From positions 35,846,341 through 35,910,340 of the forward strand of contig JARFYF010000007.1 of assembly GCA_030265395.1 (NCBI GenBank): a stretch of DNA of 64,000 nt, written 5' to 3'. The translations under genes and the position numbers were made by a program. The notes below the pieces were generated by a model. That model searched no databases, was not told the origin of the DNA, and saw nothing but the letters and a program-made list of their open reading frames with translations. Origin of the DNA: Rhina ancylostomus (Eukaryota). Shown here piece after piece: positions 35,621-49,000 of this stretch (the stretch's first letter is position 1; each line of letters opens with the position of its first letter).

Positions 35621-37490
35621 GAATGTCGTTGTGTTTGTGGTTTGGGTGAGGAGGGATTGGGGGGGGGGGGCTGTGGGGGGGGGGTGAAGAGAGATGCGAC
35701 CAAGCAGAAAAGCTGCAAACAGCTTTTCTCTTTTTGGTAAATCAAGAAAATAGATTAAAAAAAAGAAAAGTAGTGACCAGAATTTTTTTTGGGTGGGGGG
35801 GGGGGGTGGGGAGGTGGCCCGCTGACCATTTCTGAGNNNNNNNNNNNNNNNNNNNNNNNNNNNNNNNNNNNNNNNNNNNNNNNNNNNNNNNNNNNNNTAA
35901 GAAATGCATCCGACTCATCTTGAATTGTAAACAGAACCCTTTGGATGCGCCAGTTTCATTTTACCACTTCACTCAGATCTGGAAGACTAAACTGCGTTTA
36001 GCAGACGACTTTAGTCCTGTACACGATCTTAACAATTTGGGTGAGAGCAAACGATTAATTGTAACAGACAAGAGTATTTTTTTTAAAAAAGAGGAAATAT
36101 ATTTTCTAGTGGTAGTAAACCCGTTCTACGTGGAATTGATCTGCTCAATTTAAGCGTATGATTTTCTTCTTTTCAGGGCTGCGAAAGAGTTTACAGATGT
36201 AACACAGATCTCATTTAAATCTCTGATCTCCAGGTGCAGACGCTGAATAGTCTTTGCCAGAGCCCCAACAGCATGTTTTCCTTTCCAGCAGATTTTCCTT
36301 GGACCACTCTCAAACCGAGTCTCGTGGTTTTGTTTACACTGAATGGAGAGTATAGCAGCGGTGCCATGGGGCCGTCTTTCATTAATATACAGTGAGGATT
36401 TTGTCTAATTTACTGCTACGAATTTCACAGTACACGCATTTAAAGATGTCTCAGGTGGACTGATGAAACGCGAATGTGCCGCCGAAAAGAGCTGCGTTAA
36501 AAAAAACTTAAAGGTCAATGACAATGATGGGAAAGACCTAAAATGTATTTTGTCTTTAAGAAAACATCCATAAATTGTTTCCCCACCAAGAAAAAAGTAA
36601 AACATCAGAGAGCAATTTGTACTGATTTACATTTGCATAAATTTTCATATATTTTGGTGAAAATAATAGACTAGCGAGAGTCGGGCTCAGTGAAGCCAGT
36701 ATAAGGGCACATCCTTGCGAGGATCGACCAGGAACAATTCGGAGCGAAAGTAAAAAGCAAAGTCAGTAATCCAAATATGCGAAACTTTTCTACACTATTT
36801 ACGAGTTGAAAGCGACTATCCCATTGGTAAGTCTGCATTCTTAACGTAAGGCATTTATTGATAGCGTCAGCTCGATTTTAGGAATTGGGACTTCAGAGGC
36901 TCTGAAATGTTGGGCTTGATTTTTTTCTATGGTATATTTTGTCAAAATCGATCTGCTTCATAAATGGACAAGCGGAGAGCACGGGGCAAGGTCACAATGG
37001 ATATGAGATTCTAGCATTAACTTCGAAGCGAAAGCGTATTGAGAGATCTCACGGAAATAAACGTGAACACTGGAGCACATCGTGCAACGATACCACCGCC
37101 TCTAACCGAGCCCTGTGGCTTGGANNNNNNNNNNNNNAGGCTATACTATCAATCAGAACTAAGGAGAACTTGGCTGAGTTCTCCGGAGAGGTGGGTGCGA
37201 GCGTCCTGCTCAGACACGGATTTACACGCCGCCATCTCGCAACACTAAAATAATCTTCTTTAACTTTCCTTCTATCGAATACAAAAGGTAAAACTCAATG
37301 CACACCGGAAGCACTTCGATTGTCAAGGTCAAGTGTAAAAGAAATCTTCCAAAATATGACATTTCAGGCAGTGTTGTCTTCCTCCGCAGCTCCCGTCTTT
37401 AAATCGAGGCACTTCATATTACTGATTCCAAAAAAAGATTCGCGTGGTGACGAATGGAATTAATTTGAATGTCAAGCTTACTTAAAACAC

Positions 37491-37518
37491 CACACACACA
37501 CACACACACACACACACA
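37491..37518 (+). repeat. (CA)n microsatellite
   Basis: Direct reading. Confidence 0.95.
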
Positions 37519-37912
37519 GATTTGTATGTGTGCGCGCACACACGTGTCACTGTATGATTACACGATATAACGGACCATAGTTTTACACCGTTTTCAACTT
37601 TAATGCAGCTTTTTGGTCCATTTTCATTGCACCACTGATTTTATAAACATCGACTGTGTTACCTGGTAAAGAGTTTGTGCGTACATGGTGTCATAAAATA
37701 TTTTATTTGATCCTGTCGTGTCAGTGTTTTCTAAAATCCGTAAATTATAAAATTAAACTTACATTGAATACCCCGATTTGAAGGGTCGGTAACAAAATGC
37801 ATCAACGTTTAAAATGAATATTTTTTCATTGTTCGGGTTCTCATTCACAGGCCGACTCTTTCTTTCAGACACATATAATTCTGCATCAAGCTCATATATA
37901 GTCCTTTCTGTA

Positions 37913-37913
<1 letters not shown>

Positions 37914-37943
<30 letters not shown>
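37914..37943 (+). repeat. (CA)n microsatellite
   Basis: Direct reading. Confidence 0.95.
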
Positions 37944-37944
<1 letters not shown>

Positions 37945-40900
37945 TTTTCACTCTTACCTTCCTTCCCTCTGTGCCCCTTTGGAACAGATGCCATGTAGAG
38001 CTGTTCCCCGAAGATCATTTGTTTTCTTGACGGGGTGCATTTCTGCGCACAGCGTTTTCGTTGCCATAGAGAACGAAATAAAAGGAAAGAACAGTAGTCA
38101 CATTAACCTATATGTTTGTGCACTCGGGTTTAGATAAAGGACTCCATTTCAGCCAGGAAGAAAGCTCGGGACCCCGAGTCAGTGTATAGAACTCTCTATA
38201 TAGTCTCAATAAAGGTAGCTGTCTTCTGTTCCCAATTCTGACATTTTTAAAACATATAGCTTATTTTTTTTTATTTGGATGGCGTTAATTTTGTTAGACA
38301 CGGGGTCTCGAGCTCAAATGCAAATTTGGGGAGTTTGAAAGACATTGTCTTTGCATGCTGTGGGCGGTAGGGAGCACTGTCGTGCGGGGAAAGATGCAGC
38401 AGAGCGAAGAGGAATAACCAGAGCTTGGGATGAAGTAATGAAAAGATACAGGAGAACAGGGAAGGGCACGGAATGAGTTTATAACAAGGAGAAATATAAC
38501 GCGGTGATAAATAAAAAGTCAAAATAACACCTATTTAGCATTAAAGTATTGAACACTAGACGTTGCACGTAGCTCCCTGTCTCTTAATTTCTGCTGGAAG
38601 TTTTAGTGATTTTTTTTAAATGAAAAAAAACATGAGTTACTTTTCGTACCGCGACCAAAACACTTAAATGTTTTAGAGAGATAGATATTGAGATTATACC
38701 AGGCAGGGATATTTTAAAATTTGAAATCAGACCAGTTATTAACTACTGAGTTGCTAAAGGGAGGGGCAGGCGGGAGAAAGTGACAAATGTGTTTCGTTAG
38801 TGCAACATTCAAAGTAGTTCACTGAAGCACTTCCATAAAGTAGCCTGTGACGAATACTCGCCAGAAACTGCAGGCCAATAGTTCAGCATTAGGTTCCTTA
38901 ATTGTTTGTGCTGCTGAAATTGATAAATATATATACCTGTCTGTGTTGTTACTAATTACTTAGTTTTGTCATGGTCTAAAGATTTAAGATGAAGAGGAGG
39001 CTCAGTCTCAGATTTTTACGTACAGCTCCGATTTCCCAGCTTATTTTAAGAAGTTTGAATTAACTTTGTTACGGTTGGCTTGAATATTAAATAAACATAG
39101 ACCGTCTCCCTGGAGTTAAGGTGCATGTCGAAGTGTACTCTCTGATGTTCTGCTCGTTAACAGAATATGGCGATGGTTTGGAGAAAATTTTGATTTAAAA
39201 GCTTAATTCTGACGTAAACAACCAGAAGCTCTTTTTGCTTTAGGGGATAAAAAACTAGGTTAAACATCTATAGTTCTGGGAGGGGTCTGAAGGATTGGTA
39301 AAGGTTTACTGAGAATGTGACTTCCCACTGAGTTAAATTTTCAAATCAAAGCTCTGAAGTAACACAAGGAATTAAAGAGGCGAAATAGTACGTGAAACGT
39401 ATCACTGAGAGAAAAGGATGAAAATCATCTTGGCATAGAAACTATTTAAAAGTTCGGGAGTGCGTAAAGAGGAGTGATTCTGCTCTCTAAAAGTCGGGTA
39501 TCTTTCTGTGGGTAGCTTATTGTTTCCTGAAGTCTCCCCACTATTTATACTGCAACAATGTACCATTTCGGGAGAATGTCTGCTGAGTCAGAGGCCAGAT
39601 TAAAGATTTTGTTCCAGCTTGTGAATGTCGTGTAATTTTATAAACGGCAAATTAGTTTTCTGCATTAGAAGCCTCAACTTGTCATAAAAATAAGTTTTTA
39701 ATTAACGTTTAGCCGAATTCGCAGCACAGATAACGCAGAAACAAACTGCTTATCTGAAACTGTGGGCACGCAGTTTATAGGTTCCCACGGATATTTGACT
39801 GTGCATCATTAACTGCTGGAGATGAAAAATACTCTCCCGATAAACATTTCCACGGTATAATTCCCATTGTTTCCGGACCGGTTTATCTTCGCTACTGTTC
39901 TCATTTAACACATTACAATTCCAACAGGCTGACCTTACAGGCGTTGTCTACAATGGGGTGGGTTAGTTATCCATACTAACATCGCTAATTATTACATTTT
40001 TTTGTGGAGAAAAAGTTATGGAAGGTCTCGGCTCCCGCAGTGTGTTTTGCATGACTCTGCACTTAGCGGAGTATGATATTACAAAGCTAAAGAGCGCCTT
40101 CATTGCACTGTTTGTTTACAATTAAGTAATATTCAGCATTGCTTCAAGGTGCAAGGTGTACGTTTACTACAGAATTTCCAGATTGCCTATCGAATAAGCA
40201 ATTAACCTATGTTCAATAGCCAATGTAGTTTCTTTTTTTTGGTTGAAATCGGAAAGATATGGGGAGGTGGTTTCACAGATATTAAATTTGCAATAGGATA
40301 TTTTAAGATTTAAGCGCATACACGCACGCGCACATATATATTGCAGTCATTACGGGGTAATAAAGGATAAGTGTAACCATTTTGCGGATTGGGACCGCAA
40401 CTTTCTACATCTCTAATTGATTGCCAGTAATGTAACACTGACAAACTATGTTTCGCTACACAGCACTTCAGGAGAAAGGTGCATCTTAGATAAGCAATGG
40501 CTGGAACATAAATATACAGAACATTAATGCTCTGCCGAGCAAAGTTACTACACAGGTGGACTTGTTGATTCGCTAACGATTTACCTAACCTAGGTTCAAT
40601 TTACATTGATCATCACTCTTATAACCCACAACCTCAGTATAATTTTATAATCTGGCAATAGATAGGATTCTAATATTAAAATATTAATCGCGCTTAGAGG
40701 CATTTGAAAAAAATCATATAAAACATTTAAAAAGGTATTAAAACTGTAGTATACAGACAAAGTTTCGGTGTGTATCATTTTCGAACGTTGTAGGGAATTG
40801 TTGAATCCTATTAAGATGTAGCATGGAATCTCAGCACACTGATTCGACGTGGTTGAGTACCGTACGTGTTTTTTAAAGTTATATTTACGCAGTTTTCAAA

Positions 40901-42181
40901 AATAAAAGTACTAAATAAACGCCCAGGCCCATTTTCCATCCCCTTTGCGAGTTACAACCTGTACCATTCATTAATGGCCATCCAGGTTTCTCATAAAGAT
41001 CAAAATGTTAGATTTTGTTAATTGTTTGGCTGAGAATTCTGCATCGTTTATCGGCCGAAGAGAGTTAAAGATCCCCATTTCATAGAAGCTTCACGTGAGA
41101 GGCCCTCCATCTCCTCTTCCCCTCCCCCAACCATTCCCAACCTTCTTAATCTTAAATAAGATAAAGAGCGAAGCAAGTACAAGAATGAACAGTATAACCG
41201 CAAAGTCTTACTGAAAGATTGTTTTGGTGCTAAGTAATAAATGTTTGGGTTCGTGAATGATCGGCAAACACTTGAATCTTAGTATGGTTCGATATTCCTT
41301 TGGATTGTCTCTGTTTTAGCGCGATATTACCTCGTTTTATGACTTAGCAATGCTCATTCAGCATCTATCAAATAGAATAAACATGGATTTCAAAGGGGGA
41401 GGTTCTTTTTGTTGTTTTATGTCAAAGAGAACAGAAATGTTATTTTGGAGACTGGATCTCTGGTTGTGGATTGGAATAGGTACTTCACAGTGTGATTGCT
41501 CCGGCTGCTTTGTTGTGCATTGGCTTCATGTTCAAATATGCTTATCATTCATCCCGTTCCTTGGATGTGTTTATGCTGGTTTTGTATTAGGGGTTAAACA
41601 GGAACCCGGATAGCATCTATCCCGGGACATTTTCAATTGTTTCATGATCAGGATGTGGATGTCACCTATTCTGTATCATGTCTCCCAGAGGCCCTATGCA
41701 TTTTATATAGTTTGAATTGCATTTGTGTGTACGGTGCCTATCTCCGAGCCAGCAAGGGCGTGTAATAGGTCCATCTCAATAGCAGTGCCTTTCTTTTAGC
41801 ATTGTTTACACAGTTGCTGTCTTGCTTGCAGGTGACGGTATTTGCAACACATGCCCAGTTAATTTTGTTTTTTTGTTTAATCTTCAGATCAATTTGATAT
41901 TGGAATATACATTTTGCCTGCTATGTGATTGCTACTTGTCGCGTTATATATAATGCCGCCGTGACATTGGAATATATATTTTCTTTCTGGTATAAGTAAA
42001 AACGTCCGTTTTATTTTTACAGCGCTTGCAAGGTTCTTTGATACGCAGTGTTACTTCAAATATAACAGTTTTTCGACGCAGCCTGGGAGGAATTTCCATC
42101 ACGTATTTTCAATGGGTCTTTTTCTTGCTGTTTGGCGTTAGTTGACATTGGTTATGTTCTGAGTGTGCGATTAGAGACTAC

Positions 42182-42448
42182 ATGTACCCCGCTGTCAGAG
42201 GCTGGGTGCAGAGCGCAGCACTTGCAGTTCCCGTGGCTGCTCTTTTCCTTATTGTTAATATGAGAATGCATCTCCGCGAGTGGGTGCGGATTGTAATAGT
42301 TGCACTCGGCGTGGTCGCTCTGTTTTTGTTTGTCAAACAGGGCTCATCCCCTGGGAGCTGGGCATGTGGCGTATCCCTGCCTAGGATTACATTAATCAAA
42401 GCATTATTTCCCGAGGGATTCCCGCGCACAAATGATAGTATATCCTAA
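42182..42448 (+). other. Uncharacterised 88-codon ORF with two hydrophobic segments (candidate micropeptide, or simply non-coding conserved DNA)
   Basis: True ATG in weak context; SAALAVPVAALFLIV and WVRIVIVALGVVALFLFV; the stop TAA overlaps AATAAA at 42447-42452. No homolog recognised. Confidence 0.2.
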
Positions 42449-44102
42449 TAAAATTGGATTGCAGGGAAATGGAAAGCCAAAGTAACCTGCTCTCTTAAGA
42501 TAAACACTAAAGCCAAATTATCTCGCTGTTGGACCTCCCCGAATTTCACAGCACCTACACCGAACTGTAATTATAACCATGACACGGGGATTTTTTTTAA
42601 CATATCCCACGTCTACTGTTGCAAACATCTAGGTCCTGTTAGGGCAACGTCGTAGCGACCAGCATCCAGCGACTTCAAACACAGGTCAGGATAAGTACTG
42701 GGAGCGGTAGCTGCCGAACATCGGCCACGGTGACAGAATAATGGAGCCTTCCAGCAGAGACAGGGCGGAAAGCGTACTGAGTCGCAATTATTGTGATGCA
42801 GAGCGAGATAAACGCTTCCAAACGCTGCGGAAAACCTAAGTCGCTGCAGTAAAGGTCAGACCATTCTGACTACGATACACAACATGCAGGCTGCTCACAG
42901 CCTTTGACTCCAACTGTACAAATCTACATAAAAATCAACGGGGAGCAGTCCCAAAATTAGACCGATGCAAGTGTAACCTGGACCAATAGCACAGAGAGCC
43001 TGTAACATCGGAGAGGTTCCCTTCTTCGCCTCCTCTCTTGGGGGAAATATCGGTTCCGAATATGTGGTATTTAACATAAATCAACGCCTTACAGAAATGG
43101 AAGGCGGATTCCACGATCGAAATAGAAAGGAGCCAAATTAAATAGCAGCGAGGATAAGAGTATTTGGACTTCAAAAGAACGAGGAAATTAGAGTGTAGGA
43201 GTGTTTGAATCCCTGCTTCGGAGAAAGAGAGAAAAAAAACAGTTCGCGCTGCAGTAGAAGAATGAATCACATGCAAAGTAGTATATCGTAAGAAACAAAA
43301 ACAAATAAGACGCGAGAGATGAATGGGAATTTGAAATACAACCAACAAATGAGAAAAAAAACCTCAGCAGGCCAGGCAGCGTTAGTGGAGGGAGAAAGAC
43401 AGAGTGACGGAGGTTACCTTTCAGCTCGGTGGCCTTCTGTAAGGCCAAATGGAGAAACCCGGGAGATTAGAATTTTTTTTAGAAACAATTCTTAAATAAC
43501 CAGAGATCTTGATGTATGCATCAGCAAGTTTAGAAAACAAATGGAACAGAACATAAGGTAAACAAAACAATGGAGATGAGCATTTACTAAATCTAGGTTT
43601 TGAAAGTTTCCTCTCTGAGGCATAACCAAAACTGTGAAGGAGGTAAAGAGTTATAGAGTTTGAGCTCTTTTAAACAATGAAGGAAAGTAGGATGCAGTGA
43701 GTTGCATTTCTGGGGGCTGATGCAAGACTTTCCTAGAAATTAAATAGCAAAATTACCATGTTTATTTGGACGGTGCAGCATTATGAGGAGAGTTTGTCTA
43801 AGATTGTACATTTAAGGTAGAGGGACAACAGTGAAGTTCAGTGGCCACAGGAGTATGTGTGAAGTAGCTGAGGACTAGAACCATGACTGACAATGGAGAG
43901 AGAATAGAGAAGTTGGTTCTGGAGGAGAGAGTGGGAACCGGCCAGAAGGCAGAAAAGCTTCCTTGGAGAGGACAGCAGGATTCAAGGATTTCAGGTTATT
44001 CTATGCTTAGACATATTCTCTTTGAGGTACATTTTGAATGTTGATTTGCAATAGTTTTATTAAGCCTGAATTTGTCAACATGTTTTATAAATAGAAGGGG
44101 AC

Positions 44103-44385
44103 ATAGCAACTTGGTGGTTTAATTATTGGTCTACTAATACACAGAAAGTGTGCTCATCTCTCACCATACCAGTATGAGAATTTGATATATTTAAAAGTCT
44201 GGAAGGTATGAGTAAGACTGACCATGAGGCACATACTCAAATAGATTCATTGTTATCTTTACGGAGTGAAGATGTTTTTACCCCGTCTAACCAAAATGCG
44301 ATATCAAAGTGACTGACCTTTGCTTGTCTTCTGAAGTGGCTCAGAAAGCTGTTTAGTTTCCAGGATGTGAAATAAATGCTAAGCT
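44103..44385 (+). mobile_element. Degenerate tRNA-SINE (6198 family)
   Basis: ggtggtttaattattggtctactaat...gactgaccatgag...ttctgaagtggc...aataaatgct. Confidence 0.5.
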
Positions 44386-45695
44386 CAAAAGCATCTTAAA
44401 CTTCACAAAAATAATATATAAAAACACACAGATTGGTACAAATATTTATATGTATCCTAAACATAAACACATTAATATTTCTGACAATGTCAATGCACAC
44501 ATCTATCAAAATAGCTCATGGTTAAACATTAACACATGTACATATTCATAACAATATATATGCAATAGCTAGTACTTACTTTACAGGTACAAATTCTTCA
44601 AAGTCACTAACACCTGTACACAACAGCAAATATTGGTACCCACACAAAATGAGCAAATATATCCATTAGAGCTCTACCACTCAAGTGCGCAACCACAATA
44701 TACAGTAATCAAAAAATAACATTTCTTTCATGCAAATGCATGTATATTTACCTTTCGCAAACAACACTTTTCAACTCACACAAGATCCATACTCAGAGAT
44801 GCACCCTCCTAAATGTGAATTCATAATCTTCAAAAATGAAAAAAAACACAAATATCCAGTTCATGTATATAAAGTAACTGATGTTCTCCATACACCTACA
44901 TGCATTCATAGAAATGCAACCATTTAGCATATATTTACTCTTTTATGTGCATGCAAAATGCAATTGATACATATACATTCAGTATATACAGTAGACACTG
45001 ACATAGGTAGAGATATCCCTTTGCAATTTCACGCTATTAACTCCCACATGAAACCTCATTAGAAATGTAGTAATTCTCATGTATGATGATAGACTTAGAA
45101 AATCAACTGCATCTCAAAGTTCAGGCCAGACCAATGCACATGGAAGTGCACTGATTCTCACACACATGGATCATTGATCTGCACTCAAGCTGTTTTAAAT
45201 TGTATTTTGGAAGACCAATATTCAGGAACTAGCTTTCAATGTTTGTTAAATCCAAAATCCTTATCCTGGAAGCAGATTTTGTAATTTGCTTTTTTTTATC
45301 TGTATGCCATTGTTAAGGCAGCCACAAATATATGAAAATACACTGTTATTTTGTAATGTGAATGCTGCTTACGTAATGACTTGCACATGCAAGCATATGA
45401 TTACACAGAGAAATCCTCAATCACGTATGTACAGATCTATAGAAAAAAATCCAGGTATATAGAATGTTGGTCTCCCAGAATCCTAATTAAAATAGTGTAC
45501 TTATTAAATGATCCATTATTAAATATTTTCATGTACAATCACAAACACATTCTGCCACATATCCTCTACAACAGCAAGGAATATGTATTGTCAGATATAT
45601 GTGCCTAGACAAATGATTTCTTTTCATTTTGTAATACTTTCAACATTCCCATTAGCCAGGAATGCACTTACATAAATGTTTTCATACACAGTACA

Positions 45696-45707
45696 ATGCA
45701 TATGCAT
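45696..45707. promoter_or_regulatory. MORE element (POU dimer site)
   Basis: Exact ATGCATATGCAT palindrome, but in an ACAT-rich low-complexity neighbourhood. Confidence 0.3.
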
Positions 45708-45931
45708 GCAGTCAAATGCGTATAAGGGAGTGCACAGAGGTACTCTTCCTATAATCAGCAGATATATTCACAGAATATTTAACAACATAGAGATACTATA
45801 TGTAAACTTTAGTATAAATACAATTTCATTCACAAAATATTCTTATGAAACTATATTGTCACAACCATAAATTGCCCACGCTATTTTTCTCTGTAGGCTA
45901 ATAGTTCTTTCAATCCCTCTCAGACTTTTTC

Positions 45932-45933
<2 letters not shown>

Positions 45934-45998
<65 letters not shown>
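45934..45998 (+). repeat. (CA)~32 microsatellite
   Basis: Direct reading. Confidence 0.97.
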
Positions 45999-46000
<2 letters not shown>

Positions 46001-49000
46001 TGCTATTAGACAATGACACACATGTAAAAAATCCATTTCAAATACAAGAATAATTTCAGCAAAGCACAATGTAAGATATATTTCACATAGTGACACTTAG
46101 ATAATGCACTCACATGGCAACACCCTTGCACTTAAACACTCTCCAACATCCAATGTATTCAATACATCGCATTGAGTGTATTTTCCAAAAGTGGGGGTGA
46201 TATGTTTATTGAAGGTAGGTAGAATCAGTTGGCTAATATTGCATTCTGTTTTTACAAATGAATAATCTATTTATACACAGGTATTAATACACAGGTATTA
46301 AGAGAGAATATTAGAGATGTTGGTATGTAAGCTTCCCAGACTGGAATTTTTATCATTTACACTGCTTGGATATATAGTTTTAATTTTTTTTCTGATCTTC
46401 TTGCTAAAAACATACTTAATTTACATATTTCAATTATAAATATAAATCAATATAAGGAATGACAGTAGTCAAGGAGAATCAGACATAGACAGGGAGCCCG
46501 ATTGCTTATTTTTTGGTATGCACATAGTTTTTAAACTGTTGTATCTAAACCATGGTATACATTACATTCAGGAATTTGTCCTAACCTGCCAGGTCCCAAG
46601 ACACTTTTTAATGTAAGATCCCAAATAAAATTTCAGAGGTACTGATTCACAATAATGAGGAAAGAAAAAATGCAATTTAAAAATACTGTATGTGATATTA
46701 CTGACATTTATGTGCATGCTTGTCACATACTAACATATAGCTATGTAATGACATAATATTAGTTATTAGCATTCCTGCATAGTAGCATCCCTTGTGCGTT
46801 AATGCTGTTGGCACATACTCTGTGAGAATAGCTATATTTCTGTGTTCCATTTACCTGCCATCAGTTAGCATTTATGACTATGATAGGAGTATGTGTGCAT
46901 GTGAGAGGCAGATTTCTTGGTTATTTATGCAATAAATCCATGAGTGAGTAAAATATTTATACATGAATCCCAGTCTTGTATTTTCTCTTTTGGTATTTCC
47001 AGTCTTGGGATGCACAGTATGTGAAAATGTGTGTCTTCTACTCTGTTTGCCTCTCCAGTATTGGTGGAAGTCTTAATGGAACATTGCTATAATTGTATCA
47101 GAGCCTGTTCATTTGATCTCTTAAGAATTTGTTTTGTTTTACCAGTGTGACTTATTTTGTGCATATGCATAAGAAGGAAGCTACACATTCATACATTTGT
47201 CTAGAATTTCTTCAATATGATCTCTACACTTATTATTCCATTATCTACGCTGTCTTGCTAATGTCAATTTATGCAGAAATTTTCTGAGAATTATCAGGAG
47301 AAGATACTGGTGTGAATCAAATGGATTTTAGCAAAAACAGCAGAGCCTAAGGAAAGTGTGAACAATCCACCTTATTTAGGTCCCTCGTTATCTTATAAAT
47401 GTTACAAAAATTAAAAATTGAAGCCATCAAACTCTATTTATATTAGCAAAAATAAATAAGAATGCCCAATTGTGGAATGTTTTCTCTTCTCAGATTGAGA
47501 TGCCATAAATGAAACATTCAGATATATAGAAAATACTTCCCAGGTCTCATTAAATAAAATTTACAGAACTACTAAAACAAAAATATGGCAATAAAGACAT
47601 CAAAAATCATAATTTGATGTTCTTAACATTTGGGTTTTAAGTTACACTTGATCAGAACTGGACTTATGCATCGAAATTTGCATTCTCAATTGTTACACAT
47701 GCCACTGAGGAGCTATGATAGTAAGTCATGTTGCAAAAATAATTGAGGAAGTATAGGTGAAGAGATGTTTCAGCATGATACCAGAGTAAGTCACTGTGCA
47801 GACATTTACTGAGAAAAATGCACAACTAGTCTCACGCTGTTATTTTGCCTTTTTCCAAAAAATCCAAGCAGATGTGCTTGCTTAAGTATGTAAGTGTCGA
47901 TACATATGTGAGATGTGATGTGTGTAGTAATGTATATCTGTAAAAAAGAAACCATTGTGAATCATAGAAATGTTAAATCATGCACTAGCATTTTAGCAGT
48001 GAATTTAACACATTTAACAATCATCTTAAGCTAATTATATGTATAAAACATTGCTCATTGTAATATGTAACTCTACATACGTGCGTGTGCGCATGATATT
48101 CACAATGATGTATTTTTAACTTGTATATTCCTTAATATGTGTAGTGTTTCCAAAAATTCATTTTACAGCATCTACATAGCTGCACCATCATACATAAATA
48201 TTTTCTTTCATTGTAAATGCAGATAGATTCAAATAGTTTTGTACTTCATACTGTGATTTGGGTATCTGAGCTATGACTCAATACAATTTGTCTGTTCATA
48301 GTTTGTCTTTAAGAATGCCCTTGTGCATTGTGCAATTCAAAATTTGGTTAAGAATACATTTCTATGTTTTAGGTGATACTCTCTCTCTTCTCTGCTGGAT
48401 TTGAATGTGGTTTCTTTTTGTTTCTGTGAGTACCGTTTCCAAGTCTGAAAAGCTATAGATTAACTTTAAACTCACCTGAGTATGAATGCTGAGTGGCAAG
48501 GGTTAAAATTGTCAGCATCTGTTTATTAGCCCTTCCTGCCTTGTCTTATTTTTGCTGACTCCAAGCTGGGCAAAGGCTCCGCTTCAGATAGTTGGGGCCC
48601 TAAATTAAATGTAAAAACACAAAAGGTTTTCTTTTAATTTCACATCTTGGTGGGAATCGTGGGGATAGAAGAAAAACATGTTTCTGCTAAGTTAAAGGAT
48701 TTTACTTATATGTGGAATAGTGGTGTTTCAGGTGGAGAAGGAATGTGGAGCACTGAGTGTCCTGACCTCCAGCCTTGCTTCTCCTTCCTCCAACCACCAT
48801 TAATTCAGCAACTGGCTTCTGCCTTATTCCCAATGGCTTCTATTCCCTTTGGGTGTAAAAGTGATTTCAAAAATATAAGTGTGATCAAGCAGCTTCCTTC
48901 ACAAAGTACAGAATGGAGCCTGTTTCAGGACCAGCCATGTACTGATGCCACCTTGAGTAAGAAACCATCCCTGTTGTTTGACAAGCAATTTATTTTGCTG

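Noticed and set aside
46273-46300. 14-bp tandem duplication (also 10-bp at ~57048 and a degenerate array at 59370-59480)
   Set aside because: Ordinary slippage duplications with no sign of function.
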